This document shows positions 1-7,425 of a stretch of DNA of 64,000 bases, one piece after another. The translations under genes and the position numbers were made by a program. Source of the stretch: Candidatus Omnitrophota bacterium. GTDB lineage: Bacteria; Omnitrophota; Gorgyraeia; Zapsychrales; JAKLDJ01. Every line of letters starts with the position of its first letter. The stretch's first letter is position 1. The DNA is taken from the NCBI GenBank assembly GCA_022703585.1, contig JAKLDJ010000003.1:14250-78249 (forward strand). The letters are read 5' to 3'. The notes beneath the pieces were generated by a model, which worked only from the letters and a program-made list of their open reading frames with translations, did not search any database and had not been told where the DNA came from.

Positions 1-37
1 TAGGAATAAAAAAAGAGGAAAAAGGGGATTATAAGGG

Positions 38-61
38 GAATTCCGGGGACACGATGCTTAA
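38..61. repeat. 24-nt repeat copy 1 (GAATTCCGGGGACACGATGCTTAA); partial copy at 84-93
   Basis: Read directly: the same motif recurs at 941-964, at 2218-2242 (with a partial tandem copy 2204-2217) and inverted at 161-184. It ends an upstream reading frame as ...EFRGHDA-stop. Confidence 0.8.
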
Positions 62-160
62 TTATCTGTGATTATTCTTATCCGAATTCCGGGTATGTGA
101 GATTGAGGAATCAACAGGGGTGAGGCTCACAAAGCAAAAACCGGGTCCAAAACTTAAGAA

Positions 161-184
161 TTAAGTATTGTGTCCCCGGAACTC
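161..184. repeat. Inverted copy of the 24-nt repeat (TTAAGTATTGTGTCCCCGGAACTC, 1 mismatch)
   Basis: Reverse complement of the 941-964 copy. With copy 1 it forms an inverted-repeat pair around a ~95-bp spacer. Confidence 0.75.
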
Positions 185-517
185 TGTAAGTTAAGCGATG
201 TTGAGCCTGGATGGTGGCAAAATAATTGGTTTATACGATGGGTACCAGAAGGACCAATAAGCCTAGAAGGAAGATGGACGCTTCAAGAACCACCTGAAAC
301 TATGATGTTAATCATAACTGGAAGACCACAGATGCTTGATTGGATATACGAAACTTGGAATATACAGCATGGACATTATGAATTTTTTGGTGGGTCGCTG
401 TGGAATCCATCTTATACTAGACCATTCAATAATAGAGTTTATCAACACATTTCAGTTCCTTATACATGGGATCAACCAGTGATAACCGAACCCCCGCCGC
501 CATTTTGGATAAATTGA
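170..517 (+). CDS. Hypothetical protein (115 aa, Trp/Pro-rich). GTG start lies inside the inverted repeat; may be a toxin-tip-like orphan or not a real gene.
   Basis: ORF with no recognisable motif. Sits inside a repeat-bounded cassette immediately upstream of a 4-TM ORF. Confidence 0.25.
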   Translation: MSPELCKLSDVEPGWWQNNWFIRWVPEGPISLEGRWTLQEPPETMMLIITGRPQMLDWIYETWNIQHGHYEFFGGSLWNPSYTRPFNNRVYQHISVPYTWDQPVITEPPPPFWIN

Positions 518-553
518 TGAGGAAATAATAAAACATAATCGGAGGAACATAAA

Positions 554-964
554 ATGAAATTATTCATTAAGATCAATGGCGTTTTTATATTGATAATTGG
601 AGTTGCGTTGCTATTGCCTGCATTTTTTGGAATAGTGGCGCATTGGCAGAGCATAGGTGACAAAGGATTTTTAATGGTTTATATAAAAGAGAATTACGTA
701 TCTGTTACATCTCTTCTATTATTTCTAATTTTAGGTCTATATTCCGTAATCCAAGGCTATGGGCTAATGGCGAACAGAAAATTTGGTTATAATTTAACCA
801 TATTTATGCCTGTTGCATATCTGTTATTTTTATTGTGCTGGAATGGTAGCTGGGATATCAGAATTTACTATTTCGTTTTATATGCAGTAATTCTTTTTTG
901 TGTATTTCTTACCTCACCAATTAAAAGATATTTTAGGACAGAATTCCGGGGACACAATACTTAA
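554..964 (+). CDS. Small polytopic membrane protein (about 4 TM), putative immunity-type protein; C-terminus ...TEFRGHNT is encoded by the 24-nt repeat
   Basis: Good RBS (GGAGG 8 nt upstream of ATG) and four hydrophobic segments. Its 3' end coincides with repeat copy 941-964. Confidence 0.55.
   Translation: MKLFIKINGVFILIIGVALLLPAFFGIVAHWQSIGDKGFLMVYIKENYVSVTSLLLFLILGLYSVIQGYGLMANRKFGYNLTIFMPVAYLLFLLCWNGSWDIRIYYFVLYAVILFCVFLTSPIKRYFRTEFRGHNT
941..964. repeat. 24-nt repeat copy (GAATTCCGGGGACACAATACTTAA)
   Basis: Direct copy. Supplies the last 8 codons and the stop of ORF 554-964. Confidence 0.8.
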
Positions 965-1026
965 TTATGTTTCTCCCCTGATCTTTGACAATCTTTTTAG
1001 AGGATGTCCCTCGTCCAGGCCGCACT

Positions 1027-1185
1027 CTTTCGCTCTGCTTCGCAGCGAAAGATTGCGGGGCTCGGGATGAATGATTTCAGCAAACTTACGTTCCCGCGAC
1101 CTTCGGTCGCAGTCCGTAAGTTTAGAAATCATTCAACGAAATTCTAACCGCTAAACGTCCGCCAAAATGGCAAGGCCATTTTGGC
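1027..1185. other. Cluster of three stem-loops: 1027-1051; a composite three-helix hairpin 1069-1134; and the perfect palindrome GCCAAAATGGC-AAG-GCCATTTTGGC at 1161-1185
   Basis: Inverted repeats read directly: gaatgatttc/gaaatcattc, aaacttacg/cgtaagttt, cgcgacc-ttcg-ggtcgc. Lies between cassette boundary repeat and RHS fragment. Confidence 0.6.
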
Positions 1186-1888
1186 GAGATCTCGTCATTC
1201 CGCTTATGGCGGAATGACGGACTATACGCTAAACGCTGGTGTGTATTATTATTTCTACGATGGATTGGGAAGTGTCACTGATGTCTCAGATGCGAGGGGG
1301 AATGTGGTGGAGAGCTATTCCTACGATGTTTATGGCCAACCGTCACAGTTATCGACAATAGGCAATAGATATTACTTTACGGGAAGGGAATACGACGAAG
1401 AATCAGGGCTTTATCACTACCGTGCCCGCGCTTACTCGCCGGTGATAGGAAGGTTTTTGCAGAGGGATCCGGTGGGGTATTGGGATAGCATGAATTTGTT
1501 TTCGTATGTGAATAATAATCCAGTGAATTGGGTTGATCCGTGGGGGTTGTGCAAGGGAGATGATGAAACGGGTTGGCTAAATGAGTTAGAAAAGTTATTT
1601 GGGCCTGGAGTTGCTTTTGCCGCTGAAAATAGCGATTCTTTTCCTTCGAATGCGATACCCCCTCGACCACATCAATTTACAAATTCTGAAATTAACTGGT
1701 TTGGAGTAGAATTTGTATTAAGTTTTGCGGCAGGTGTAGCAGGAACTGCTTTTGGCATTACCCATCATCCGTACATCGCACTAGGGGCTTACGGATTAGG
1801 ATTATGGCTGGGCTATCGGACTTATCGCCAATATCGAGAATGGGGACAAGAAAATATTGATGCGTATTTTAATAGGTTAGGAATTTAA
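1181..1888 (+). CDS. Orphan C-terminal fragment of an RHS/YD-repeat protein: RHS repeat-associated core end (YDxxGR...DPWGL) followed by a ~110-aa variable tip with a glycine-zipper-like hydrophobic segment
   Basis: Motifs YSYDVYGQ, YYFTGREYDEESGLYHYRARAYSPVIGRFLQRDPVGY and DPWGL match the canonical RHS core terminus. No N-terminal RHS body is present. Start codon uncertain (TTG 1181 or ATG 1214). Confidence 0.7.
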   Translation: MARSRHSAYGGMTDYTLNAGVYYYFYDGLGSVTDVSDARGNVVESYSYDVYGQPSQLSTIGNRYYFTGREYDEESGLYHYRARAYSPVIGRFLQRDPVGYWDSMNLFSYVNNNPVNWVDPWGLCKGDDETGWLNELEKLFGPGVAFAAENSDSFPSNAIPPRPHQFTNSEINWFGVEFVLSFAAGVAGTAFGITHHPYIALGAYGLGLWLGYRTYRQYREWGQENIDAYFNRLGI

Positions 1889-1920
1889 TACAATAAAGAT
1901 TAATGAAAGGAGCTGTTTAT

Positions 1921-2190
1921 ATGCAAGTATTAAGAAGTCAGTGGCCATTGCTAGTGGCTAGTCTGTTACTCGCAATCGGAGCAATGATTGGGTTTTATGA
2001 ATTAAACAGTAAGATGTATAGCTATCTGATTATGAAGATTACGAAAATGAATCCCGAGGGGAATATAATATATCTTAAAAGATTTTTTTATGCTTGCACA
2101 ATGATTAATTTAACTCAATTATGTATGACTTTCTTTAGCGGGTGCGCTATTGCAGCATTCTTAGCTAATAGGCGTAAAAAGGAAGAATAG
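1921..2190 (+). CDS. Small membrane protein (one TM), putative cognate immunity protein of the RHS tip
   Basis: RBS AAAGGAG 8 nt upstream of ATG 1921. Position immediately 3' of toxin tip. The longer frame from 1903 is less likely. Confidence 0.45.
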   Translation: MQVLRSQWPLLVASLLLAIGAMIGFYELNSKMYSYLIMKITKMNPEGNIIYLKRFFYACTMINLTQLCMTFFSGCAIAAFLANRRKKEE

Positions 2191-2203
2191 TGTCGTTTCT
2201 GCG

Positions 2204-2242
2204 GAATTCCGGGGACAGAATTCCGGGGACACGATACTTTAA
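2204..2242. repeat. 24-nt repeat copy with partial tandem duplication (GAATTCCGGGGACA + GAATTCCGGGGACACGATACTTTAA)
   Basis: Read directly. Closes the RHS-tip/immunity cassette. Confidence 0.8.
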
Positions 2243-2356
2243 AAAAGGGGTCAGCGCCCATTAAATATCTCCTCCGTCATTTGTAAAAGAAAAAGGGGCC
2301 AGCGCCCATTAAATATCCCATCCATCATTAGGAAAAAGGGGTCAGCGCCCTTTTTG
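2241..2356. repeat. Three tandem ~42-bp repeats (AAAAAGGGGYCAGCGCCCATTAAATATC...); the last unit is truncated into a hairpin AAAAAGGG-gtcagcg-CCCTTTTT
   Basis: Units at 2241-2283, 2284-2330 and 2331-2356 read directly. Not CRISPR-like (3 units, degenerate, no spacers). Confidence 0.7.
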
Positions 2357-2608
2357 ACTGAAATTCTATCATCACCATCTGTGTTGTTGGTAAGTCCTTC
2401 GATGATGCTCAGGACAAGCAAGCTTCCCACAACAGAGATGGTGAATTATTCAGCTTACTCTCTTCGTCGCAAATGAAACGAAAGTAAGGAGGGGGGCCCC
2501 GCCGTAAAAGCGGCGGGGCCCAGCGCCTGCCCTAACTTGCCAAGCGCCTCACCACGTGGTATTCTTATTGCGTCCCTTAACAGATTTTAAAAACGAGGTA
2601 TCGCTAAA

Positions 2609-4615
2609 ATGAAAGACAGGAATTATATTATTAAAGGAAGTTTGGGCATCCTTTTGCTGCTGTTCTCAGCAGCGGCCGGTTCTCCGGCGCAGGCTTCTCT
2701 TATCAATCCGGTTATGGTCCAGGGCCGACAGTTATTGGTGGACTTTGACGGGAATGATATTTATGAGCCGTATATGATCAGGGGAGTTGCCTATAATCCT
2801 TATCCGGTAGGTGTTTTTCCGACAGAATGGGGGACATGCGAGTATTGTGCGGGCGGGGTGCCTTCAGGTTGTTTTTATAGTTCGGCCGGAGACGGGGGAT
2901 ATGCCTGTTCGGTCGAACATCCGCCGACTGACCCCGGCCAAAACGGTGGCCCTGTGCATCCCTGGGGAGGGCAATCCTGCGGCGGTGTGTTGCCTTTTCC
3001 TAATTTGTGCGTCAATCTTTTTGACCGAGGGGATGTTAATCTGGACAGGGATTTTCAAAAGTTAGTGACGATGAACGTCAACACCATCCGCACCTGGGAA
3101 AAGGTCACGCCGACACTTTTAGCAAAAGCCAATCAATACGGAATCAAGGTTATTGCCGGTTACTGGATAGGCGAGGTCACGGATTTTAGCGACCCCGGAA
3201 CCCAGGTGGGTGCCTTAAAAAATGATTTTCGAAATTATATCCAGCATATGGTTGCCGACCCGAATTTTTCCGCCGTTCTTTTTGTGGCTATCGGCAACGA
3301 AAACAATTACCACTATTACTTGCCCGGTGATCCCCGGCCTCCCGAGGCTCCCTATTGTTATTTTTCGCCCAGCGATGGGCCCGAAACCGGGAATTTGTAC
3401 AGTTGGTACTTTCTGGTTAATCAGTTAGCCGGCGTGGCTAAAGGCGTTATTGGCATGAACAGGCCGGTGGCGGCGGTTAACGGCGACATAGTAGAAATCG
3501 GCCAGGCGATTTATTATGCCGATGACAGCCACATGGCCAATCTTGATATTTGGGGTGTGAATGTCTATCGGGGAATTTCTTTCGGCAATTTATTTACGAA
3601 TTTTGCCAGCCACAGCCAAAAGCCGCTATGGATTTCCGAGTGCGGGGTTGACGCGGTCTCGATGAATGATTTTTATGATGCCCCTCCGGATCCTCCCTAT
3701 GATCCCCAAGACGGGCAAGAAGCCCCGGAAACACAAGCCCGGTGGAATGCTGTTCAGTGGCGGGAGATTGTGATGAATCGTACGATTGCCATTGGTGCTA
3801 CCTATATGGAATATTCGGATGAATGGTGGAAGGGTGTTGTCCAAGACCAATATCATTGGGATTCCTTTACCCGGGAGCACAATTATTCAGGTATTTGCCA
3901 CCAATACGAGCCTTCCGTGGGAGTTTTGCCCGACAGCTACTTTAACGAAGAATGGTGGGGCCTGATGGAGGCCTCGACGGATCAAGGGCCGGGCGTTGAT
4001 ACTCTGGTTGAGCGCGATGCGTATTATGCGCTACGCGATAATTTTACCTGCGATAGCGAGCCTAACGTGTTTTATACGGGGCCGTATAACAGCAGAAGCT
4101 GTGACGGGACATACGCGTGTTGTCCGACGGCAAGCAAGATGGCCAAAAACGGCCAATGTGTCGCAAGTTGCGGCGGCTGTTTCCTTGCCGGAACCCCCAT
4201 ATCCATGGCAGACGGTTCTTTCAGGCCGATTGAATCGATTAAAATCGGCGATATGGTTTTGGCTTATGATGAAACAAGCGGTCAAATTAAACCCGATGAA
4301 GTCACCAATGTCTTTAACCATCCCAAAGAAGATAACTACCTTATTATTAACGGCCAGCTTAAAGTCACGCCGATTCATTCCGTCCTGAGTAAAGGGGAGT
4401 GGCGGCCGATCGGAGAGCTTAAAGTGGGGGATACTCTGACCGACCCGGCAGGTAAAGACATCTCTATTGTCAGCATTGTTCCGGTTCAGGAAAAAATCGA
4501 TATCTTTAATTTTGAAACCAGTCCGCACCATACCTATATTGCCGGCGGGTATGTTGTGCATAATCGGAAAATGGATATACACTTCGCCGTATTTCCGGAA
4601 GGCGGGGAGCGATGA
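2609..4615 (+). CDS. Secreted clan GH-A (GH5-like) glycoside hydrolase with Cys-rich insert and a C-terminal Hint (Hedgehog/intein-like) autoprocessing domain (about 4178-4564)
   Basis: Signal peptide (MKDRNYIIKGSLGILLLLFSAAAGSPAQA). Candidate acid/base motif IGNENN and nucleophile motif WISECG. The Hint block opens with CFLAGTPI and closes with GGYVVHN, followed by a 16-aa tail. Confidence 0.75.
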   Translation: MKDRNYIIKGSLGILLLLFSAAAGSPAQASLINPVMVQGRQLLVDFDGNDIYEPYMIRGVAYNPYPVGVFPTEWGTCEYCAGGVPSGCFYSSAGDGGYACSVEHPPTDPGQNGGPVHPWGGQSCGGVLPFPNLCVNLFDRGDVNLDRDFQKLVTMNVNTIRTWEKVTPTLLAKANQYGIKVIAGYWIGEVTDFSDPGTQVGALKNDFRNYIQHMVADPNFSAVLFVAIGNENNYHYYLPGDPRPPEAPYCYFSPSDGPETGNLYSWYFLVNQLAGVAKGVIGMNRPVAAVNGDIVEIGQAIYYADDSHMANLDIWGVNVYRGISFGNLFTNFASHSQKPLWISECGVDAVSMNDFYDAPPDPPYDPQDGQEAPETQARWNAVQWREIVMNRTIAIGATYMEYSDEWWKGVVQDQYHWDSFTREHNYSGICHQYEPSVGVLPDSYFNEEWWGLMEASTDQGPGVDTLVERDAYYALRDNFTCDSEPNVFYTGPYNSRSCDGTYACCPTASKMAKNGQCVASCGGCFLAGTPISMADGSFRPIESIKIGDMVLAYDETSGQIKPDEVTNVFNHPKEDNYLIINGQLKVTPIHSVLSKGEWRPIGELKVGDTLTDPAGKDISIVSIVPVQEKIDIFNFETSPHHTYIAGGYVVHNRKMDIHFAVFPEGGER

Positions 4616-4649
4616 GTTTTTAGGGTATTGAGTGGGATGTGATTTTAAA

Positions 4650-4709
4650 GGGCGCCCCCACTGCTGTCTTGCGACAGCAAGACATGGGGGCGCCCTCTTT
4701 GTTTTATTC
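4650..4709 (+). terminator. Rho-independent terminator (GGGCGCCCCCA...TGGGGGCGCCC stem followed by TCTTTGTTTTATT)
   Basis: GC-rich inverted repeat plus T-run immediately after the GH5-Hint stop. Confidence 0.8.
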
Positions 4710-4767
4710 ATTACCCTTTTGGGGTTTATGCGTAGTTAGTTTACCTAACTATTTTGATTAAATTATA

Positions 4768-4796
4768 TTGACAAAGTAACTAGACTATGTTATATT
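4768..4796 (+). promoter_or_regulatory. Sigma70-type promoter (TTGACA-17-TATATT)
   Basis: Consensus -35 and near-consensus -10 with 17-nt spacer ending 5 nt before ATG 4801. Confidence 0.55.
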
Positions 4797-4800
4797 TCAA

Positions 4801-5124
4801 ATGAGCTTAAAGAAAGGGTTCTCCATGAGGAAAGAATCTGCTGAGAAATTCGACGTGTTCATTAAACCGGAGGATCCGGTTTATGTTATTGGCGTCGTAA
4901 GCCAGATCGTCAATATCCCCATTTGGACACTGCGGAAACTCGACGAGATGGGAGTTGTTCAGCCGATACGGATAGGGAAGAAGACGCGCTGTTATTCTAA
5001 GATACAGATTCAGAAGCTTAGCTATGTGCATTATTTGATGGAAGACAAACATGTGAATATTAGCGGTATTAAAGTAATCTTAGAAATAGGAGGTGGTGTG
5101 GAGAAGAAGGAAGACGGGCTGTAA
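4801..5124 (+). CDS. MerR-family HTH transcriptional regulator (HspR-like heat-shock regulator)
   Basis: HTH segment YVIGVVSQIVNIPIWTLRKLDEMGVV is typical of MerR/HspR. Located directly upstream of hsp20. Confidence 0.6.
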   Translation: MSLKKGFSMRKESAEKFDVFIKPEDPVYVIGVVSQIVNIPIWTLRKLDEMGVVQPIRIGKKTRCYSKIQIQKLSYVHYLMEDKHVNISGIKVILEIGGGVEKKEDGL

Positions 5125-5253
5125 GCTAAAATTTTTTTATCTTGAATTTGGCACTTAATACATCAGAGTGCTAATAGTAAAGAAGGCTGGAAAAGGTTGT
5201 CCTGCTGGCTGGTGGGTTTAAAAATTAAACTTAAAACAATACGGAGGTGTAGC

Positions 5254-5703
5254 ATGACACTAATTAATTGGAGGCCAAAGAGTGTTGATTTGTTTCGGGA
5301 ATTGGACGATGCTCAAAGCCATCTGCTCGGGCTGACGATGTTCCCCGGCCTAGAGAAGGGTTTTTTAAAAGGTGGCTGGCCGGCACTGGATGTTGAGGAA
5401 GATAAAAATAACATCAGCGTAAAGGCTGACCTTCCCGGACTAAAGCAGGAAGAAATTGAAATCAGCGTTGACGAAGATGGCATGCTTACAATCAAGGGTG
5501 AGAGGAAGTCAGAAGTTGAAAGCAAAGACAAGAATTATCATAAAGTTGAGAGAGCCTATGGGGCGTTTGAGCGGAGCCTTAGAATCGGCGTTCCCATCGA
5601 CAGAGAAAAGGTCAAGGCGGCTTACAAAAATGGTGTGTTGGAAGTTACCTTGCCTAAAATCGAGAAGACAAAACCGAAGCAGATCAAGGTGGATGTGAAT
5701 TAG
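5254..5703 (+). CDS. hsp20: Hsp20/alpha-crystallin family small heat-shock protein
   Basis: Alpha-crystallin domain (DVEEDKNNISVKADLPGLKQEEIEISVDEDGMLTIKGER...LEVTLPK). RBS GGAGG before ATG 5254. The longer frame from 5197 is rejected. Confidence 0.9.
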   Translation: MTLINWRPKSVDLFRELDDAQSHLLGLTMFPGLEKGFLKGGWPALDVEEDKNNISVKADLPGLKQEEIEISVDEDGMLTIKGERKSEVESKDKNYHKVERAYGAFERSLRIGVPIDREKVKAAYKNGVLEVTLPKIEKTKPKQIKVDVN

Positions 5704-5717
5704 ATTGAAGCGCGGGA

Positions 5718-5755
5718 GGGCGCCCCGCACCCAGCTTGCTGGGTGCGGGGCGCCC
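5718..5755. repeat. 38-bp GC-rich perfect palindromic hairpin (GGGCGCCCCGCACCCAGC-tt-GCTGGGTGCGGGGCGCCC), member of a repeated element family
   Basis: Arms are identical to those of the hairpin at 54802-54838; only the loop differs. Terminator-like position after hsp20 but no downstream T-run. Confidence 0.75.
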
Positions 5756-5787
5756 CAAAAATCATCACGGAGTGAGAAATAGCATAG

Positions 5788-5815
5788 TTGACACTCCACT
5801 GTTATTTGATATAAT
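5788..5815 (+). promoter_or_regulatory. Sigma70 promoter of the hrcA-grpE-dnaK-dnaJ operon (TTGACA-16-TATAAT)
   Basis: Consensus hexamers read directly, immediately upstream of the CIRCE operator. Confidence 0.65.
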
Positions 5816-5821
5816 ACCCCC

Positions 5822-5848
5822 TTAGCACTCTGGCGATTGGAGTGCCAG
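5822..5848 (+). promoter_or_regulatory. CIRCE operator (HrcA binding site) TTAGCACTC-N9-GAGTGCCAG
   Basis: Matches CIRCE consensus TTAGCACTC-N9-GAGTGCTAA with 2 mismatches in the right arm. Located between promoter and hrcA. Confidence 0.8.
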
Positions 5849-5942
5849 TTGGAAGCCATCAGTCGTCAGCTCTCAGCTTTCAGCCTCTAATAGCAGCTGA
5901 AGGCTGATGACCGAAAGCTGATAGCTAAACGGAGAAAAACAA

Positions 5943-6677
5943 ATGACTCCACGCAAAAACGATTCCCAGGCAAGGAAAGACAGGGTCCTTGCGATTGTTG
6001 TCGACCAGTATATCAAAAATGTGACGCCGGTCGGTTCCAGCTTTATCGTCCAGGAATATCATCTGGATTTAAGCCCGGCGACGGTGCGCAACATTCTGGC
6101 CGAACTGGAAGAGGAAGGATTTCTGTCGCATCCGCACACCTCGGCCGGGCGCGTTCCCACGCAACGGGGTTATCGCTATTTTGTCGACCACCTGATGAAC
6201 GAGATACAGCTTTTAAAGGAAGAAAAAGAGCGTATTCAGGCCGAATACCGCCGCGGGGTTAAGGAATTAGAAAAGCTCTTGGAAAAAACCTCTGAAGTCA
6301 TTTCTGATCTAACGCATTACACCAGCATTGTTTCGATTGACGGCGGCGAAAAGATGTTTTGTAAGGGCATTAGTTTTGTTGCCGGCTATCCCGAATTTCA
6401 TAATTTTGAGCGTATTAAACATATTATTCACGCGCTCGAAGAGAAAGAGCACATTCTGGAAGTCATCAACCGTGCCCTGGAAAAGAAGATTCAGATCTTT
6501 ATCGGAAGCGAAATTGCCTGTGAAGATATCGAAGGTTGCTCTCTGGCGATATCAAGTTTTAAGAAAGAAAACGGCCCCAGCGGGCGTATTGCGGTTTTAG
6601 GCCCCACCCGGATGGACTACGAGCGGGTGGTTTCAACGCTTGATTATTTCTCGAAATTGATGAAAGAGATTTTATAA
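5943..6677 (+). CDS. hrcA: Heat-inducible transcription repressor HrcA (short form, 244 aa)
   Basis: N-terminal wHTH and the segment VGSSFIVQEYHLDLSPATVRNILAELEEEGFLSHPHTSAGRVPTQRGYRYFVDHLM match the HrcA signature. Confidence 0.9.
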   Translation: MTPRKNDSQARKDRVLAIVVDQYIKNVTPVGSSFIVQEYHLDLSPATVRNILAELEEEGFLSHPHTSAGRVPTQRGYRYFVDHLMNEIQLLKEEKERIQAEYRRGVKELEKLLEKTSEVISDLTHYTSIVSIDGGEKMFCKGISFVAGYPEFHNFERIKHIIHALEEKEHILEVINRALEKKIQIFIGSEIACEDIEGCSLAISSFKKENGPSGRIAVLGPTRMDYERVVSTLDYFSKLMKEIL

Positions 6678-6697
6678 GTAGGTATAAAGGAAAAAAT

Positions 6698-7393
6698 ATG
6701 TCTGATGCGAGTGAGAAAATGAAACCGTCGCAAGAAAAACAGGATGAAGTGCTCAAGCAAGAGCAACCCGGGCTTGAGCCCGAAGCCCCCATAGAATCTT
6801 TAGGCGAAAAGAAAGAAGGGCCTAAAAAAGGCGAAGGCAAGAAGGAGAAATCTTTCTTCTCAAAAGAAAAGACAATCGCGCTTAAGGAATCCGAGTATGA
6901 CAAGCTTGTGCACGAAGCCGCGGAATTTAAGGATAAATACGTGCGGCTGTTGGCGGAGTTTGATAATGTCCGCAAGCGCACCGACCGCGAAAAACAGGAA
7001 TTTGTTAAATATGCCAACGAAGGTCTGCTGGCGCAGTTTTTAGCGATCTTAGACGATTTGGAAAGATCCGTCGAGGCGGCTAAAGCCAAGCACGAAGATT
7101 ACGATGCTTTTTTAAAAGGGATCGAAATGGTGATGGCGCATGTTTACGAGTTATTAAAGAAAAACAACGTCAAACCTATCGAGGCGAAAGGGAAAATGTT
7201 CGATCCTCATCTTCACGAGGCCTTGATGCAGGAAGAGACGGATCAATTTAAGGAAGGGGCTATTGTCGAGGAATTTCAAAAAGGTTATTTTTTTGACAAT
7301 CATGTTATTCGCACGGCAAAAGTGAAAGTGGCAACTGCTAAAACCGCAAAAGGTATCGCAAAGGACGCAAAAGAAGAACAACCAAACAACTAA
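6698..7393 (+). CDS. grpE: Nucleotide exchange factor GrpE
   Basis: Motif YVRLLAEFDNVRKRTDREKQEF and operon position. Confidence 0.9.
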   Translation: MSDASEKMKPSQEKQDEVLKQEQPGLEPEAPIESLGEKKEGPKKGEGKKEKSFFSKEKTIALKESEYDKLVHEAAEFKDKYVRLLAEFDNVRKRTDREKQEFVKYANEGLLAQFLAILDDLERSVEAAKAKHEDYDAFLKGIEMVMAHVYELLKKNNVKPIEAKGKMFDPHLHEALMQEETDQFKEGAIVEEFQKGYFFDNHVIRTAKVKVATAKTAKGIAKDAKEEQPNN

Positions 7394-7425
7394 AATTGAT
7401 TTTATATTAAAAAGCGAGGTGTGTT

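Noticed and set aside
2241-2356. Possible CRISPR array
   Set aside because: Only three degenerate tandem units with no unique spacers of regular length and no cas genes nearby. Classified as a simple tandem repeat.
4031-4711. 226-aa minus-strand ORF antisense to the GH5-Hint gene
   Set aside because: Entirely contained within a well-supported plus-strand CDS. It has no RBS and its composition mirrors the sense strand. Likely a spurious antisense frame.
5197-5253. Upstream start for hsp20
   Set aside because: ATG 5254 has a GGAGG RBS at optimal spacing. The 19-codon extension is not conserved-looking.
6559-7089. 176-aa Ser-rich minus-strand ORF across the hrcA/grpE junction
   Set aside because: Low-complexity antisense frame overlapping two conserved heat-shock genes. 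No independent support.
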